Below are positions 37,280 to 48,326 of a DNA stretch of 64,000 nt, one piece after another; positions within the stretch are counted from its first letter, which is position 1; each line of letters opens with the position of its first letter. The translations under genes were made by a program, and so were the position numbers. The notes beneath the pieces are model-generated. The model searched no databases, was not told where the DNA came from, and was given only the letters and a program-made list of their open reading frames with translations. Source of the DNA: Chitinophaga pinensis (GTDB lineage: Bacteria; Bacteroidota; Bacteroidia; 2-12-FULL-35-15); assembly GCA_945879015.1 (NCBI GenBank), contig CAMCUO010000005.1, forward strand, positions 1,306-65,305. The letters are read 5' to 3'.

Positions 37280-37897
37280 ATGTCTGGAATAATAGGTAAA
37301 AAAATTGGAATGACTAGTATCTTCAGTGCCAATGGTAAATATATACCATGCACAGTTATTGAAGCTGGTCCTTGCGTTGTTACGCAAGTAAAAACCTTGG
37401 AGAAAGACGGATACGCTTCAGTACAATTGGCTTTTGATGAGAAGAAAGAAAAACATACTTCTTCTGCTATGCAAGGTCATTTCGCTAAAGCCGCCACCAC
37501 TCCTAAACGTAAATTAGTTGAATTTAAATACTTCGAAACTGCAAAAACTCTTGGAGAAGTAGTTACTGTTGATCTTTTCGCTGAAGGCGATTTTATTGAT
37601 GTAGCTGGCACTTCAAAAGGTAAAGGTTTTCAGGGTGTTGTTAAACGCCACGGTTTTGGTGGAGTTGGTGGAACTACTCACGGTCAACATGATCGTTTGC
37701 GTGCACCAGGTTCATTAGGAGCTTCTTCTTGGCCTTCACGTGTATTCAAAGGAATGAGAATGGGCGGAAGAATGGGTGGAGATCGCGTTAAAATCCAAAA
37801 CTTAGAAGTAGTAAAAGTAATTGCTGATAAAAATCTTTTAATTATCAAAGGTTCTATCGCAGGAGCAAAAGGTTCATACGTTACAATCGAGAAATAA
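37280..37897 (+). CDS. rplC: 50S ribosomal protein L3
   Basis: 205 aa, [13 protein letters not shown]. Confidence 0.97.
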   Translation: MSGIIGKKIGMTSIFSANGKYIPCTVIEAGPCVVTQVKTLEKDGYASVQLAFDEKKEKHTSSAMQGHFAKAATTPKRKLVEFKYFETAKTLGEVVTVDLFAEGDFIDVAGTSKGKGFQGVVKRHGFGGVGGTTHGQHDRLRAPGSLGASSWPSRVFKGMRMGGRMGGDRVKIQNLEVVKVIADKNLLIIKGSIAGAKGSYVTIEK

Positions 37898-37898
37898 A

Positions 37899-38528
37899 AT
37901 GGAAGTATCAATTTTAAATATAAGCGGTAAAGCAACTTCTAAGAAGTTGAGCTTAAACGATGCAATCTTTGGCATCGAGCCGAATGACCATGCCATTTAT
38001 TTGGATGTTAAACAACATTTAGCAAATAAACGTCAAGGTACTCACAAATCTAAAGAAAGAGCTGAAGTTCGTGGTTCTAGCAAGAAATTAAAAAACCAAA
38101 AAGGTACAGGTGGAGCTCGTGCAGGTAACGATAAATCTCCAACCCGTGTTGGTGGTGGTAGAGCATTCGGACCTCGTCCAAGAGACTACGCTTTCAAATT
38201 GAATAAAAAATTGAAGCGTTTGGCTCGTATGTCGGCATTAACTTATAAAGCTCAAGGTAGCAGTATTACTATTTTAGAAGATTTCATTTTTGATTCTCCT
38301 AAAACACAGAAATATGCTGATTTGATGAATAATTTAAAGCTTTCCGACAAAAAAACACTATTGGTGTTGGGTGAATCAAATAAAAACATATATTTGTCCT
38401 CCCGAAATTTGACCAATGCAAAAGTCGTAACTGCTTCGGATTTAAACACTTACGATATTTTGAACGCAACAAATTTGTTGTTAGTTGAGAGCTCATTGAA
38501 GGAAATTGAAAATTTATTAAGCAATTAA
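37899..38528 (+). CDS. rplD: 50S ribosomal protein L4
   Basis: 209 aa, [12 protein letters not shown]. Confidence 0.96.
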   Translation: MEVSILNISGKATSKKLSLNDAIFGIEPNDHAIYLDVKQHLANKRQGTHKSKERAEVRGSSKKLKNQKGTGGARAGNDKSPTRVGGGRAFGPRPRDYAFKLNKKLKRLARMSALTYKAQGSSITILEDFIFDSPKTQKYADLMNNLKLSDKKTLLVLGESNKNIYLSSRNLTNAKVVTASDLNTYDILNATNLLLVESSLKEIENLLSN

Positions 38529-38532
38529 TAAG

Positions 38533-38823
38533 ATGAACGTGATAGTAAAACCGGTTATAACCGAAAAAATGACAGCACAGGGCGAAAAATTTAATCGCTA
38601 TGGTTTTGTAGTGGCAAAAGCTGCTAACAAAGTGGAAATAAAATCAGCTGTTGAGAAATTATATGGTGTTACTGTTGAATCAGTAAACACTCAAAATTAT
38701 ATTGGTAAAATAAAAACTCGTAACACTACAAAAGGTATTGCTATTGGTAGAGTGAACCAACATAAAAAAGCAGTTGTGACGCTTAAAGCAGGCGAATCAA
38801 TTGATTTTTACGCAGGCATTTAA
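38533..38823 (+). CDS. rplW: 50S ribosomal protein L23
   Basis: 96 aa; position and sequence are typical. Confidence 0.95.
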   Translation: MNVIVKPVITEKMTAQGEKFNRYGFVVAKAANKVEIKSAVEKLYGVTVESVNTQNYIGKIKTRNTTKGIAIGRVNQHKKAVVTLKAGESIDFYAGI

Positions 38824-38915
38824 TAAATGAAAATCCTAATTTTATTTAGGATTTAGAGATTAGAATTTTAATAAACTATACTCCGAGCAGTCGGAGTGAT
38901 AATAAAAAAACTGAG

Positions 38916-39740
38916 ATGGCTTTAAAGAAATTTAGACCCCTAACCCCAGGGCAACGATTTAAATTAGTTAGTGATAACGATGATATTACGCACGGCAAAC
39001 CTGAAAAGAGTTTGTTGGAGCCAGTAAAAAAATCGGGAGGACGCGATAATACAGGTAAAATGACTATGCGCTACATTGGTGGTGGTCACAAACAACAATA
39101 TCGTATTATCGATTTCAAAAGAGATAAAGCAGGAATTCCAGCAACAGTTAAAACAATTGAGTACGATCCAAATCGTACTGCTCGTATTGCTCTAGTAGTT
39201 TATGCTGATGGTGAAAAACGTTATATCGTTGCTCCAACAGGTTTACAAGTAGGACAAAAAATTGTATCAGGTAAAGATGCTACTCCAGAAGTTGGAAACG
39301 CATTGTATTTAGCTGATATTCCATTAGGTACAACAATCCACAATATTGAATTACGTCCAGGACAAGGTGCTATCATGGCTCGTAGTGCTGGTTCTGCAGC
39401 TCAATTGAGTGCTAGAGATGGTAAATATGCAATCGTTAAAATGCCTTCAGGTGAAACACGTATGGTGTTAATTACTTGTATGGCTACAATTGGTGCTGTA
39501 TCTAATGCTGACCATAACTTAGAAATAAGCGGTAAAGCAGGTCGTACTCGTTGGCAAGGTCGCAGACCGAGAACTCGTCCGGTAGCTATGAACCCAGTCG
39601 ATCACCCAATGGGTGGAGGTGAAGGTAGAGCTTCAGGAGGTCACCCTCGTTCACGTACAGGAACACCTTCAAAAGGATATAAAACACGTTATCCTAAAAA
39701 GGCTTCTAACAAATACATTATCGAAAGAAGAAAAAAATAA
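38916..39740 (+). CDS. rplB: 50S ribosomal protein L2
   Basis: 274 aa, [25 protein letters not shown]. Confidence 0.97.
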   Translation: MALKKFRPLTPGQRFKLVSDNDDITHGKPEKSLLEPVKKSGGRDNTGKMTMRYIGGGHKQQYRIIDFKRDKAGIPATVKTIEYDPNRTARIALVVYADGEKRYIVAPTGLQVGQKIVSGKDATPEVGNALYLADIPLGTTIHNIELRPGQGAIMARSAGSAAQLSARDGKYAIVKMPSGETRMVLITCMATIGAVSNADHNLEISGKAGRTRWQGRRPRTRPVAMNPVDHPMGGGEGRASGGHPRSRTGTPSKGYKTRYPKKASNKYIIERRKK

Positions 39741-39799
39741 TAATATAAACAGTTTAATGGTCTCGCTTATTTGGGATTCACAACTTAAAAACAAAATAG

Positions 39800-40078
39800 A
39801 TGTCACGTTCATTAAAAAAAGGTCCTTTTATCGACTGGAAACTTGAGAAAAAATTATTAGATCTTCAAGCTTCAGGTAAAAAAACAGTAATTAAAACTTG
39901 GTCACGTAGATCAATGATTTCTCCAGATTTCGTTGGTTTAACAGTAGCAGTTCACAATGGAAATAAATTTATTCCAGTTTATGTAACTGAAAACATGGTT
40001 GGACATAAGTTCGGTGAATTTTCACCAACACGTACATTCAGAGGTCACTCTGGAAACAAAGATAAAGTAGCTAAATAA
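39800..40078 (+). CDS. rpsS: 30S ribosomal protein S19
   Basis: 92 aa, [12 protein letters not shown]. Confidence 0.97.
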   Translation: MSRSLKKGPFIDWKLEKKLLDLQASGKKTVIKTWSRRSMISPDFVGLTVAVHNGNKFIPVYVTENMVGHKFGEFSPTRTFRGHSGNKDKVAK

Positions 40079-40109
40079 GATTATTAAAGAGATTATAATA
40101 TAAAGTAAA

Positions 40110-40550
40110 ATGGGAGTTAGAAAACAAAACGCGGCAGATGCGCGCAAAGAGGCAAACAAAAGCAGATATTTTGCTGTATTGAAAAATTGCCCTACATCTC
40201 CACGTAAGATGAGATTGTTGGCCGACCTTATTAGAGGTAAAGAAGTTTTTATGGCTTTGAATATTTTAAAGTTCAATCCAAAAGAAGCATCTGGCAGATT
40301 AGAAAAATTGTTGACATCAGCAATTTCTAACTATGAAGCAAAAACAGGACAACGTTCTGAAGATAGCAACTTAGTTGTGAAAGAAATTTTTGTTGACAGT
40401 GCATTACAAATGAAGCGTTTAAGAACTGCTCCACAAGGTCGTGCAAACAGAATCAGAAAGCGTTCAAATCACGTTACTATTGTTGTTGACAGCAAAAAAG
40501 TAGAAGAGAAGAAAAAAGTATCAAACAAGAAACAAGAAGAAACTAAATAA
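40110..40550 (+). CDS. rplV: 50S ribosomal protein L22 (with K/E-rich C-terminal extension)
   Basis: 146 aa; position and core sequence are typical. Confidence 0.95.
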   Translation: MGVRKQNAADARKEANKSRYFAVLKNCPTSPRKMRLLADLIRGKEVFMALNILKFNPKEASGRLEKLLTSAISNYEAKTGQRSEDSNLVVKEIFVDSALQMKRLRTAPQGRANRIRKRSNHVTIVVDSKKVEEKKKVSNKKQEETK

Positions 40551-40559
40551 TAATTTTCA

Positions 40560-41348
40560 ATGGGACAAAAAGCAAATCCGATAGGCTTACGTTTAGGCAT
40601 CATTAAAGGATGGGATTCAAACTGGTACGGTGGAAAAAATTTCGCTGATAAATTAGTTGAAGATTTTAAAATCAGAGAATATTTGAAAGCTCGTTTAGCT
40701 AAAGCAAGTATTTCAAAAATCGTAATTGAAAGAACAGTTAAAATTATTACTGTTACAATTAATACTTCTCGTCCGGGAATCATTATCGGTAAAGGCGGAG
40801 CTGAAGTTGATAAAATTAAAGAAGAATTAAAAAAGATTACAAAAAAAGATATTCAAATCAATATTTTTGAAATTAAACGTCCGGAATTAGATGCTCGTTT
40901 AGTTGCTGATAGTATTGCTCGTCAAATTGAAGGACGTATTTCTTTCCGTAGAGCTGTGAAAATGGCAGTTGCTTCTACAATGAGAATGGGTGCTGAAGGT
41001 ATTAAAGTAAAGTGTTCTGGTCGTTTAGCTGGAGCAGAGATGGCACGTACTGAAGGATACAAAGAAGGACGTACTCCATTGCATACTTTGCGTGCTGATA
41101 TTGATTATGCTTTGGGTGAAGCTCACACAACTTATGGTCGTATTGGTGTAAAAGTTTGGATTTGTAAAGGTGAAGTTTATGGAAAACGTGATCTTTCTCC
41201 AAATGTTGGAAATGCAGCAGCAGGTTCAAAAGATGGAAAAGGTGGCGGATCTCATAAAGGTGGAAATCCAAAGTTTGATAACAAACGCGGACCAGGTGGA
41301 CCAAGAAAAGGTGGAAACGATAACAGAGGTAGAGATTCTAGAAAATAG
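40560..41348 (+). CDS. rpsC: 30S ribosomal protein S3 (with Gly/Lys-rich C-terminal extension)
   Basis: 262 aa, [14 protein letters not shown]. Confidence 0.97.
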   Translation: MGQKANPIGLRLGIIKGWDSNWYGGKNFADKLVEDFKIREYLKARLAKASISKIVIERTVKIITVTINTSRPGIIIGKGGAEVDKIKEELKKITKKDIQINIFEIKRPELDARLVADSIARQIEGRISFRRAVKMAVASTMRMGAEGIKVKCSGRLAGAEMARTEGYKEGRTPLHTLRADIDYALGEAHTTYGRIGVKVWICKGEVYGKRDLSPNVGNAAAGSKDGKGGGSHKGGNPKFDNKRGPGGPRKGGNDNRGRDSRK

Positions 41349-41393
41349 TTTTTGAAAAGAACAAAATATTAATTGATATAATAAAAAAATACA

Positions 41394-41822
41394 ATGTTAC
41401 AGCCGAAAAGAACCAAATATAGAAAGATGCACAAAATGAAAATGAAAGGCAACGCTAAGCGTGGTGATCAACTTTCATTCGGTTCATTTGGATTAAAGGC
41501 AACGGAAGGATGCTGGGTGACAGCTCGTCAATTAGAAGCTGCAAGGGTTGCAGTTACTCGTTTCATGAAACGTGAAGGTCAAATATGGATTTGTGTTTTC
41601 CCTGATAAACCTATTACATCTAAGCCTGCAGAGGTTCGTATGGGTAAAGGTAAAGGTGCTCCTGAATATTGGGTTGCCGTAGTAAAACCAGGTCGTATTC
41701 TTTTTGAAGCAGAAGGCGTTCCAATGGAAGTTGCAAAAGAAGCATTGCGTTTGGCAGCTCAAAAATTGCCAATCACAACTAAATTCATCGTTAGAAGAGA
41801 TTACGCTGCAGAAGCGAACTAA
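41394..41822 (+). CDS. rplP: 50S ribosomal protein L16
   Basis: 142 aa, [11 protein letters not shown]. Confidence 0.97.
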   Translation: MLQPKRTKYRKMHKMKMKGNAKRGDQLSFGSFGLKATEGCWVTARQLEAARVAVTRFMKREGQIWICVFPDKPITSKPAEVRMGKGKGAPEYWVAVVKPGRILFEAEGVPMEVAKEALRLAAQKLPITTKFIVRRDYAAEAN

Positions 41823-41900
41823 ATAAAAGAACACCAACAAAATGAAATGAAGCCTGTAAAGGCGAAATTCCATTCGACAAAAAACAAAAAAAACAAACGA

Positions 41901-42104
41901 ATGAAACAAGAAGATATCAAACAACTTTCAACTGCTGATTTAGCTGATAGAATCAAAGAACAAAAAAATTCTTTGTCTAAATTAAAGTTAAATCATTCAG
42001 TATCTCCTATTGAAAATCCGTCTAGCATCACTGCTAACAGAAAAACAGTAGCTAGATTACAAACAGAATTGCGTTCAAGACAAATAGCTGAGGCTAAAAA
42101 ATAA
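41901..42104 (+). CDS. rpmC: 50S ribosomal protein L29
   Basis: 67 aa starting at [14 protein letters not shown]. The ORF-track start at 41847 adds an atypical 18-aa basic extension. Confidence 0.9.
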   Translation: MKQEDIKQLSTADLADRIKEQKNSLSKLKLNHSVSPIENPSSITANRKTVARLQTELRSRQIAEAKK

Positions 42105-42112
42105 TTTCAAAC

Positions 42113-42370
42113 ATGGAAGAAAGAAATTTAAGAAAAGAAAAAATTGGTACGGTTACAAGTAACAAAATGGAAAAATCCATTGTGGTTTCTGTTGAACGTA
42201 AAGTAAAACATCCGAAATACGGAAAGTTTTTAAACAAGACAACAAAGTTTGTGGCACATGATGATGCAAACACTTGCAATATTGGTGATACTGTGAAAAT
42301 TGTTGAGACTCGTCCTATCAGTAAAAGTAAATGCTGGAGATTAGTTGAAGTAATCGAAAGAGCTAAGTAA
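42113..42370 (+). CDS. rpsQ: 30S ribosomal protein S17
   Basis: 85 aa, [14 protein letters not shown]. Confidence 0.96.
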   Translation: MEERNLRKEKIGTVTSNKMEKSIVVSVERKVKHPKYGKFLNKTTKFVAHDDANTCNIGDTVKIVETRPISKSKCWRLVEVIERAK

Positions 42371-42454
42371 AAATAAGGATTAAGGATTTTATTATTTGGG
42401 ATTTGTGTCCTTTTAAAATCCTAAATCTTAAATCCTAAATAAGAAAATAGTAAA

Positions 42455-42823
42455 ATGGTACAACAAGAATCAAGATTATTAGTAGCAGATAACAGCGGTG
42501 CAAAAGAAGTGCTTGTTATTCGTGTACTTGGTGGAACGAAAAAAAGATATGCTTCTATTGGAGATAAAGTGGTAGTAACAGTAAAACACGCTTTGCCTTC
42601 CGGAAACATTAAAAAAGGTGCAGTTTCTAAAGCAGTTGTTGTTAGAACAAAAAAAGAAATCAGCCGTTCAGACGGATCTTATATTCGTTTTGATGACAAT
42701 GCAGTTGTATTGTTAAACGCAACAGACGAATTAAGAGGAACACGTATTTTCGGGCCAGTAGCTCGTGAATTAAGAGATAAAAATTTTATGAAAATTATTT
42801 CTTTAGCACCTGAAGTATTATAG
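42455..42823 (+). CDS. rplN: 50S ribosomal protein L14
   Basis: 122 aa, [18 protein letters not shown]. Confidence 0.97.
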   Translation: MVQQESRLLVADNSGAKEVLVIRVLGGTKKRYASIGDKVVVTVKHALPSGNIKKGAVSKAVVVRTKKEISRSDGSYIRFDDNAVVLLNATDELRGTRIFGPVARELRDKNFMKIISLAPEVL

Positions 42824-42874
42824 ATAATTAGTATTACCGTCTGCTTCAGCAAATGGGATTAAAAATAAAAAACA

Positions 42875-43201
42875 ATGAAAGTTAAATTACATATCAAAAA
42901 AGACGACTTAGTAAAAGTCCTTGCAGGCGACTCAAAAGGTCAAGAGGGGAAAGTTTTATCAATTGATAAAATTAAAAACCGTGCACTTGTTGAAGGAGTA
43001 AATTTAGTATCAAAACATACTAAGCCGGATGCAAAAAATCCTCAAGGAGGAATCATTAAGAAAGAAGCAACGGTGCATATTTCAAACTTAATGTTAGTTG
43101 AACCAGGAACAGGTAAAGTTACCCGTGTTGGTCGCAAATTAGATGAAAAATCGAATAAATTAGTACGTTACTCAAAAAAGACCGGGGAGGTAATTAAATA
43201 A
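42875..43201 (+). CDS. rplX: 50S ribosomal protein L24
   Basis: 108 aa with a KOW motif region ([15 protein letters not shown]). Confidence 0.95.
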   Translation: MKVKLHIKKDDLVKVLAGDSKGQEGKVLSIDKIKNRALVEGVNLVSKHTKPDAKNPQGGIIKKEATVHISNLMLVEPGTGKVTRVGRKLDEKSNKLVRYSKKTGEVIK

Positions 43202-43758
43202 TGGGATATTCACCACGTTTAAAAGACAAATATAAAGCAGACGTAGTTCCAGCTTTACAAAAAAAGTACGGTTACAGCAGTTCAATGCAAGTGCCTAAAC
43301 TTCAAAAGATATGCCTTAATCAAGGTGTTGGAGACGCAGTTTCTGATAAAAAATTGATTGAAAGCGCTATCAAAGAAATGTCAACAATCAGCGGACAAAA
43401 AGCTGTTTCTACCATTTCTAAAAAGGATATTTCTAACTTCAAACTTCGTAAAGGCGTGCCTATCGGAGTAAGAGTTACTCTTCGCGGAGATATGATGTAT
43501 GAGTTTTTGGACAGATTAATTTCTGTTGCATTACCTCGTATTCGTGATTTCAGAGGAATCAATGATAAAGGTTTTGACGGAAGTGGAAACTATACTTTAG
43601 GTGTTACTGAACAAATCATTTTCCCGGAAATTGATATTGATAAAGTAAGTAAGATTATGGGTATGGACATAACTTTCGTTACTTCAGCTGATTCAGACGG
43701 AGAAGCATTAGCATTGTTAAGTGAATTTGGATTACCATTTAAGAACCAAAAAAAATAA
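43201..43758 (+). CDS. rplE: 50S ribosomal protein L5
   Basis: 185 aa; position and sequence are typical. Confidence 0.96.
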   Translation: MGYSPRLKDKYKADVVPALQKKYGYSSSMQVPKLQKICLNQGVGDAVSDKKLIESAIKEMSTISGQKAVSTISKKDISNFKLRKGVPIGVRVTLRGDMMYEFLDRLISVALPRIRDFRGINDKGFDGSGNYTLGVTEQIIFPEIDIDKVSKIMGMDITFVTSADSDGEALALLSEFGLPFKNQKK

Positions 43759-43767
43759 TATAAGTCG

Positions 43768-44037
43768 ATGGCAAAAGAATCAATGAAAGCAAGAGAAGTT
43801 AAACGTAAGAAACTTGCTGATCTATACGCTGAAAGAAGAGCTGCTTTAAAAGCTGCAGGAGATTCAGTTGGACTGCAAAAATTACCAAGAGCTTCTTCAC
43901 CAACTCGTCAACGTAACCGTTGTAGATTAACTGGTCGTCCTAGAGGTTATATGCGTCAATTCGGTATTTCACGTAATCAATTCCGTGAAATGGTATTGGA
44001 TGGTTTAATTCCGGGATTGACAAAATCAAGTTGGTAA
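43768..44037 (+). CDS. rpsN: 30S ribosomal protein S14 (long form)
   Basis: 89 aa, [13 protein letters not shown]. Confidence 0.96.
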   Translation: MAKESMKAREVKRKKLADLYAERRAALKAAGDSVGLQKLPRASSPTRQRNRCRLTGRPRGYMRQFGISRNQFREMVLDGLIPGLTKSSW

Positions 44038-44110
44038 TTCGGTTCGATTACAAAAAGAGTATTAATGTATAATTATCCTGCGTGCGGGATAACATATAAA
44101 ACCAAATAAA

Positions 44111-44506
44111 ATGACAGATACAATTGCAGATTACCTCACAAGAGTGAGAAATGCTATCAAAGCAAACCACAGAATCGTAGAGATTCCTTCTTCTAACCTT
44201 AAAAAAGAGATTACTAAGATCCTTTTCGAAAAAGGCTACATCCTTAGTTACAAATTTGAAGATTCAGCTTCTCAAGGCAACATTAAAATTGCATTGAAAT
44301 ACCATCCTGTTAACAAACAGTCGGCTATCAAAAATCTTGAAAGAGTGAGTTCTCCAGGTTTACGTAAGTATACTGGTTCTGCTAAAATACCTCGCGTATT
44401 GAACGGATTAGGAATCGCTATTATTTCAACTTCAAAAGGTGTAATGACTGATAAAGAAGCGAAAACACAAAAAGTAGGTGGTGAAGTATTGTGTTATGTT
44501 TATTAA
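44111..44506 (+). CDS. rpsH: 30S ribosomal protein S8
   Basis: 131 aa, TDTIADYLTRVRNA. Confidence 0.97.
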   Translation: MTDTIADYLTRVRNAIKANHRIVEIPSSNLKKEITKILFEKGYILSYKFEDSASQGNIKIALKYHPVNKQSAIKNLERVSSPGLRKYTGSAKIPRVLNGLGIAIISTSKGVMTDKEAKTQKVGGEVLCYVY

Positions 44507-44525
44507 TATTTAGGAGGAAAGAAAA

Positions 44526-45080
44526 ATGTCAAGAATAGGTAAATTACCAATAACACTTCCGAAAGGAGTAGAGGTAAATGTTTCAGATAAAAACGTTGCA
44601 ACTGTTAAAGGACCAAAAGGAACTTTAACTCAAGCAATGGATACAGCAATTACTGTTGCAAACGCCGATGGTGTATTAACAGTAGCTCGTGCAACTGACC
44701 AAAAACGTCATAGAGCAATGCATGGTTTATACCGTGCGCTTCTAGCTTCAATGATAAAAGGTGTTAGCGAAGGATATAAAACAGAACAAGAACTTGTTGG
44801 TGTTGGTTATCGTGCTGCAAACAAAGGACAATTGTTAGAATTAACTTTAGGTTATTCTCATAACGTTGCTTTTGAATTGCCAGTTGAAATAAAAGTAACT
44901 ACTGCAACAGAAAAAGGTTCGAACCCAAAAATTATTTTGGAATCAGCTGATAAACAATTGTTAGGTGCAGTTGCTGCTAAAATTCGTTCTATGCGTAAAC
45001 CTGAACCTTATAAAGGAAAAGGTATCAAATTTACTAATGAGATTTTGAGAAGAAAAGCAGGTAAATCAGCAGGTAAATAA
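44526..45080 (+). CDS. rplF: 50S ribosomal protein L6
   Basis: 184 aa, MSRIGKLPITLPKGV. Confidence 0.97.
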   Translation: MSRIGKLPITLPKGVEVNVSDKNVATVKGPKGTLTQAMDTAITVANADGVLTVARATDQKRHRAMHGLYRALLASMIKGVSEGYKTEQELVGVGYRAANKGQLLELTLGYSHNVAFELPVEIKVTTATEKGSNPKIILESADKQLLGAVAAKIRSMRKPEPYKGKGIKFTNEILRRKAGKSAGK

Positions 45081-45131
45081 TAAAATAAGAATTTAATTGT
45101 CGGCTAAACCGACAGAAATAAGGTAAATAAA

Positions 45132-45491
45132 ATGGCTAATAACACAAAAGAATTCAGAAGAAACAGAATCAAACAACGTATTCGTAAGGTTGTTAATGGT
45201 GACGCACAAAGTCCACGTTTGTCTGTTTTTAGAAGTAATAAAGGTATCTACGTTCAATTGATCGATGATATTTCAGAAAAAACTTTAATTGCTGCATCTT
45301 CAGCTGATAAAGGAATTGCTGATGTAAAAGGAAATAAAATTGATCAAGCAAAATTGGTAGGTAAAGCTATTGCTGAAAAAGCTATCAAGGCAGGTATTTC
45401 ATCGGTACGTTTTGACAGAAATGGTTATTTGTACCATGGTCGTGTTAAATCATTAGCAGAAGGTGCTCGTGAAGCAGGTTTAAAATTCTAA
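45132..45491 (+). CDS. rplR: 50S ribosomal protein L18
   Basis: 119 aa; position and sequence are typical. Confidence 0.96.
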   Translation: MANNTKEFRRNRIKQRIRKVVNGDAQSPRLSVFRSNKGIYVQLIDDISEKTLIAASSADKGIADVKGNKIDQAKLVGKAIAEKAIKAGISSVRFDRNGYLYHGRVKSLAEGAREAGLKF

Positions 45492-45583
45492 AAATTACAA
45501 ATTACAAATTGAAAATTAAAGATTGAAAGATTAAAGTGAGATAAAAATCCTAAATCCTAAATCTAAAATCTAAAAATAGAAAA

Positions 45584-46102
45584 ATGTCAAACGCAAACAT
45601 TAAGAGAGTAAAATCAAGTGATATCGAATTGAAAGATAAACTTGTTAGCATCCAACGTGTAACTAAGGTTACAAAAGGAGGAAGAAACTTTACATTTTCA
45701 GCTATTGTTGTAGTTGGAAACGAAAAAGGAATTGTTGGATATGGTTTGGGTAAAGCAAAAGAAGTAACTGATGCTATTACTAAAGGTATTGATGATGCTA
45801 AAAAGAATTTAATTAAAGTTGCAATCGTTAAAGGAACTGTTCCTCACGAACAATATGGTAAGTTCAGCGGATCATTGGTTTTCTTGAAACCAGCAGCACA
45901 CGGAACTGGTGTTATTGCAGGTGGTGCGATGCGTGCAGTTTTAGAAAGCGTTGGTGTAACAGATGTATTGGCAAAATCAAAAGGCTCATCAAATCCTCAC
46001 AACGTTGTGAAAGCAACTATGGATGCGTTGATGAAAATGCGTGATGCTGCTACAGTTGCGCAAACTCGTGGTATATCAATGGAAAAAGTATTTAACGGAT
46101 AA
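45584..46102 (+). CDS. rpsE: 30S ribosomal protein S5
   Basis: 172 aa, [14 protein letters not shown]. Confidence 0.97.
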   Translation: MSNANIKRVKSSDIELKDKLVSIQRVTKVTKGGRNFTFSAIVVVGNEKGIVGYGLGKAKEVTDAITKGIDDAKKNLIKVAIVKGTVPHEQYGKFSGSLVFLKPAAHGTGVIAGGAMRAVLESVGVTDVLAKSKGSSNPHNVVKATMDALMKMRDAATVAQTRGISMEKVFNG

Positions 46103-46207
46103 TTAAGTTAAAAAGTTAAAAAGTTGAAAAGTTAAAAAGTTGATGTTTTAGTAACAACTTTGAAACCTTAAAACTTTCAAACCTTAAAACTTTCAAACTA
46201 AAATAAA

Positions 46208-46384
46208 ATGGCAACAATTAAAATTAAACAGGTAAAAAGCGGAATCGGTCAAACAGTGCGTCAAAAGCGTACTTTGCAAGCTTTAGGTTTTATCAAAATG
46301 AACCAAACTATTGAAAAGGAAGCAACTCCTCAGATTCTTGGGATGGTGAAAAAAGTAGCTCATTTGCTAGTTGAAGTAAAATAA
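46208..46384 (+). CDS. rpmD: 50S ribosomal protein L30
   Basis: Not in the ORF track (58 aa). My translation is MATIKIKQVKSGIGQTVRQKRTLQALGFIKMNQTIEKEATPQILGMVKKVAHLLVEVK. It sits in the canonical slot between rpsE and rplO. Confidence 0.9.
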   Translation: MATIKIKQVKSGIGQTVRQKRTLQALGFIKMNQTIEKEATPQILGMVKKVAHLLVEVK

Positions 46385-46467
46385 AAATTAGAGAAGTATT
46401 GAATTAGAGAATGCAGAATAACTAAAATCACATTCGCTAAATCTACAAATCAATAAAAAGAAAAAAA

Positions 46468-46935
46468 ATGAATTTAAGTAATTTAACACCAGCAGAAGGT
46501 TCAGTAAAAAACGCTAAAAAGCGTATTGGTAGAGGTCAAGGATCTGGAAAAGGCGGAACTTCAACAAAAGGTCACAAAGGTGCTCAGTCACGTTCTGGAT
46601 ACTCTGCTAAAAGAGGTTTTGAAGGTGGTCAAATGCCATTACAAAGACGTGTTCCAAAATTTGGATTTAAAAATATTAATCGTGTTGAATACCGTGGAAT
46701 TAACTTAGATGTTATTCAAGGATTAGTTGATGCGAACAAAGTAGCTACAATCGATTTAGCATTTTTAATTTCAAAAGGATTGGCTCACAAAAACGATAAA
46801 GTAAAAGTGCTTGGTCGTGGTGAATTAAAATCAAAAGTTGATGTTTCTGTTCATGCATTTTCTGCATCAGCAAAATCAGCAATTGAAGCAAAAGGTGGAT
46901 CAGCTGTTTCGGTTGAAAAAGTTGCAAAAGCTTAA
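46468..46935 (+). CDS. rplO: 50S ribosomal protein L15
   Basis: 155 aa, MNLSNLTPAEGS..RIGRGQGSGKGGT. Confidence 0.96.
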   Translation: MNLSNLTPAEGSVKNAKKRIGRGQGSGKGGTSTKGHKGAQSRSGYSAKRGFEGGQMPLQRRVPKFGFKNINRVEYRGINLDVIQGLVDANKVATIDLAFLISKGLAHKNDKVKVLGRGELKSKVDVSVHAFSASAKSAIEAKGGSAVSVEKVAKA

Positions 46936-46957
46936 TTAAACGCAGTAATACTGTTTT

Positions 46958-48304
46958 ATGAAAAACTTTATAAATACATTAAAAAACATTTGGAAAATTG
47001 AGGAACTAAGAGGTCGTATTCTTATGACACTTGGTCTTATTTTGATTTACCGTTTGGGTTCATATGTTGTTCTTCCAGGAGTTAATACACAAGTTCTTGC
47101 TGATGCAAGTAAATCTTCAAACGAAGGAATTATTGGATTGATTAATATTTTTGCAGGTGGAGCATTTTCTCGTGCATCTATTTTCGGATTAGGAATTATG
47201 CCTTATATCTCTGCATCTATTGTTGTGCAATTATTAGGAATGGCTTTGCCATATTTCAGAAAATTACAAATGTCTGGAGAAAGTGGTCGTAAAAAAATAA
47301 ATCAAATCACTCGTTTTTTGACAGTTGGTATCACTTTGATGCAAGCTCCTGGGTACATTGCTACTCAAATTACAAGCAAACCGGGTGTTGTTGCTGATCC
47401 TGGGTTTTTCTGGATGGCGCAATCTATTTTGATTTTAATTACAGGAACGATGTTCGTTATGTGGTTAGGAGAAAAAATTACAGATAAAGGAATTGGAAAT
47501 GGTATTTCATTAATCATTATGATTGGTATCATTGCTCGTTTACCTGAATCTTTTTTACAAGAATTTGCTAATCGCTTAGGTGGTGACGGTGGAGGTGGTG
47601 GATTAATCATGTTGTTAATCGAAATGGTTCTTTTATTATTAATTATTGTTGGAACAATTATGTTGGTTCAAGGAACAAGAAAAATTCCTGTTCAATACGC
47701 TAAAAAAATTGTTGGAAGTAAACAATATGGTGGTACTCGTCAGTATATTCCTTTAAAAGTAAATGCTGCAGGTGTAATGCCAATCATCTTTGCGCAAGCA
47801 ATTATGTTTATCCCAATTACAGTTATTTCTTATGCTCAATCCGATTCATTGACAGGTGTGCTAGGTGCTTTGTCTAATCACAATGGATTCTGGTATAATT
47901 TAGTTTTTGCATTATTAATTATTGTGTTTACTTATTTCTATACAGCTATTACGGTTAATCCTAATCAAATGGCAGAAGACATGAAACGCAATGGTGGATT
48001 TGTACCAGGTGTTGTACCAGGTAAAAAAACAGCTGAATTTATTGATGCTGTGATGTCGCGTATTACATTACCAGGTTCTATTCTATTAGCATTTGTGGCT
48101 ATTTTGCCAGCATTCGCTTATATATTAAATGTAGATGCAGGATTCGCACAATTTTTTGGTGGAACATCTTTATTGATTTTGGTTGGTGTTGTGTTGGATA
48201 CATTACAACAAATAGAAAGTTATTTATTAATGCGTCATTATGATGGATTGATGAAAACAGGAAGAATAAAAGGTCGTTCTTCAATGAGTATGACCACAGC
48301 TTAA
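46958..48304 (+). CDS. secY: Preprotein translocase subunit SecY
   Basis: 448 aa, 10-TM pattern, canonical position. Confidence 0.96.
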   Translation: MKNFINTLKNIWKIEELRGRILMTLGLILIYRLGSYVVLPGVNTQVLADASKSSNEGIIGLINIFAGGAFSRASIFGLGIMPYISASIVVQLLGMALPYFRKLQMSGESGRKKINQITRFLTVGITLMQAPGYIATQITSKPGVVADPGFFWMAQSILILITGTMFVMWLGEKITDKGIGNGISLIIMIGIIARLPESFLQEFANRLGGDGGGGGLIMLLIEMVLLLLIIVGTIMLVQGTRKIPVQYAKKIVGSKQYGGTRQYIPLKVNAAGVMPIIFAQAIMFIPITVISYAQSDSLTGVLGALSNHNGFWYNLVFALLIIVFTYFYTAITVNPNQMAEDMKRNGGFVPGVVPGKKTAEFIDAVMSRITLPGSILLAFVAILPAFAYILNVDAGFAQFFGGTSLLILVGVVLDTLQQIESYLLMRHYDGLMKTGRIKGRSSMSMTTA

Positions 48305-48326
48305 TATAAGAAGAGGAGAAAGAAAC

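Noticed and set aside
41847-41900. In-frame upstream ATG that would add an 18-aa Lys-rich extension to L29
   Set aside because: L29 proteins begin with the MK..(E/D)(I/L)..LS motif found at 41901. The extension is poly-A-tract-derived low-complexity sequence. It could not be excluded experimentally.
45492-46200. Possible CRISPR array suggested by short repeated units
   Set aside because: The units are 7-16 nt and directly tandem, with no unique spacers and no 25-40 nt constant repeats. There are no cas genes in the window.
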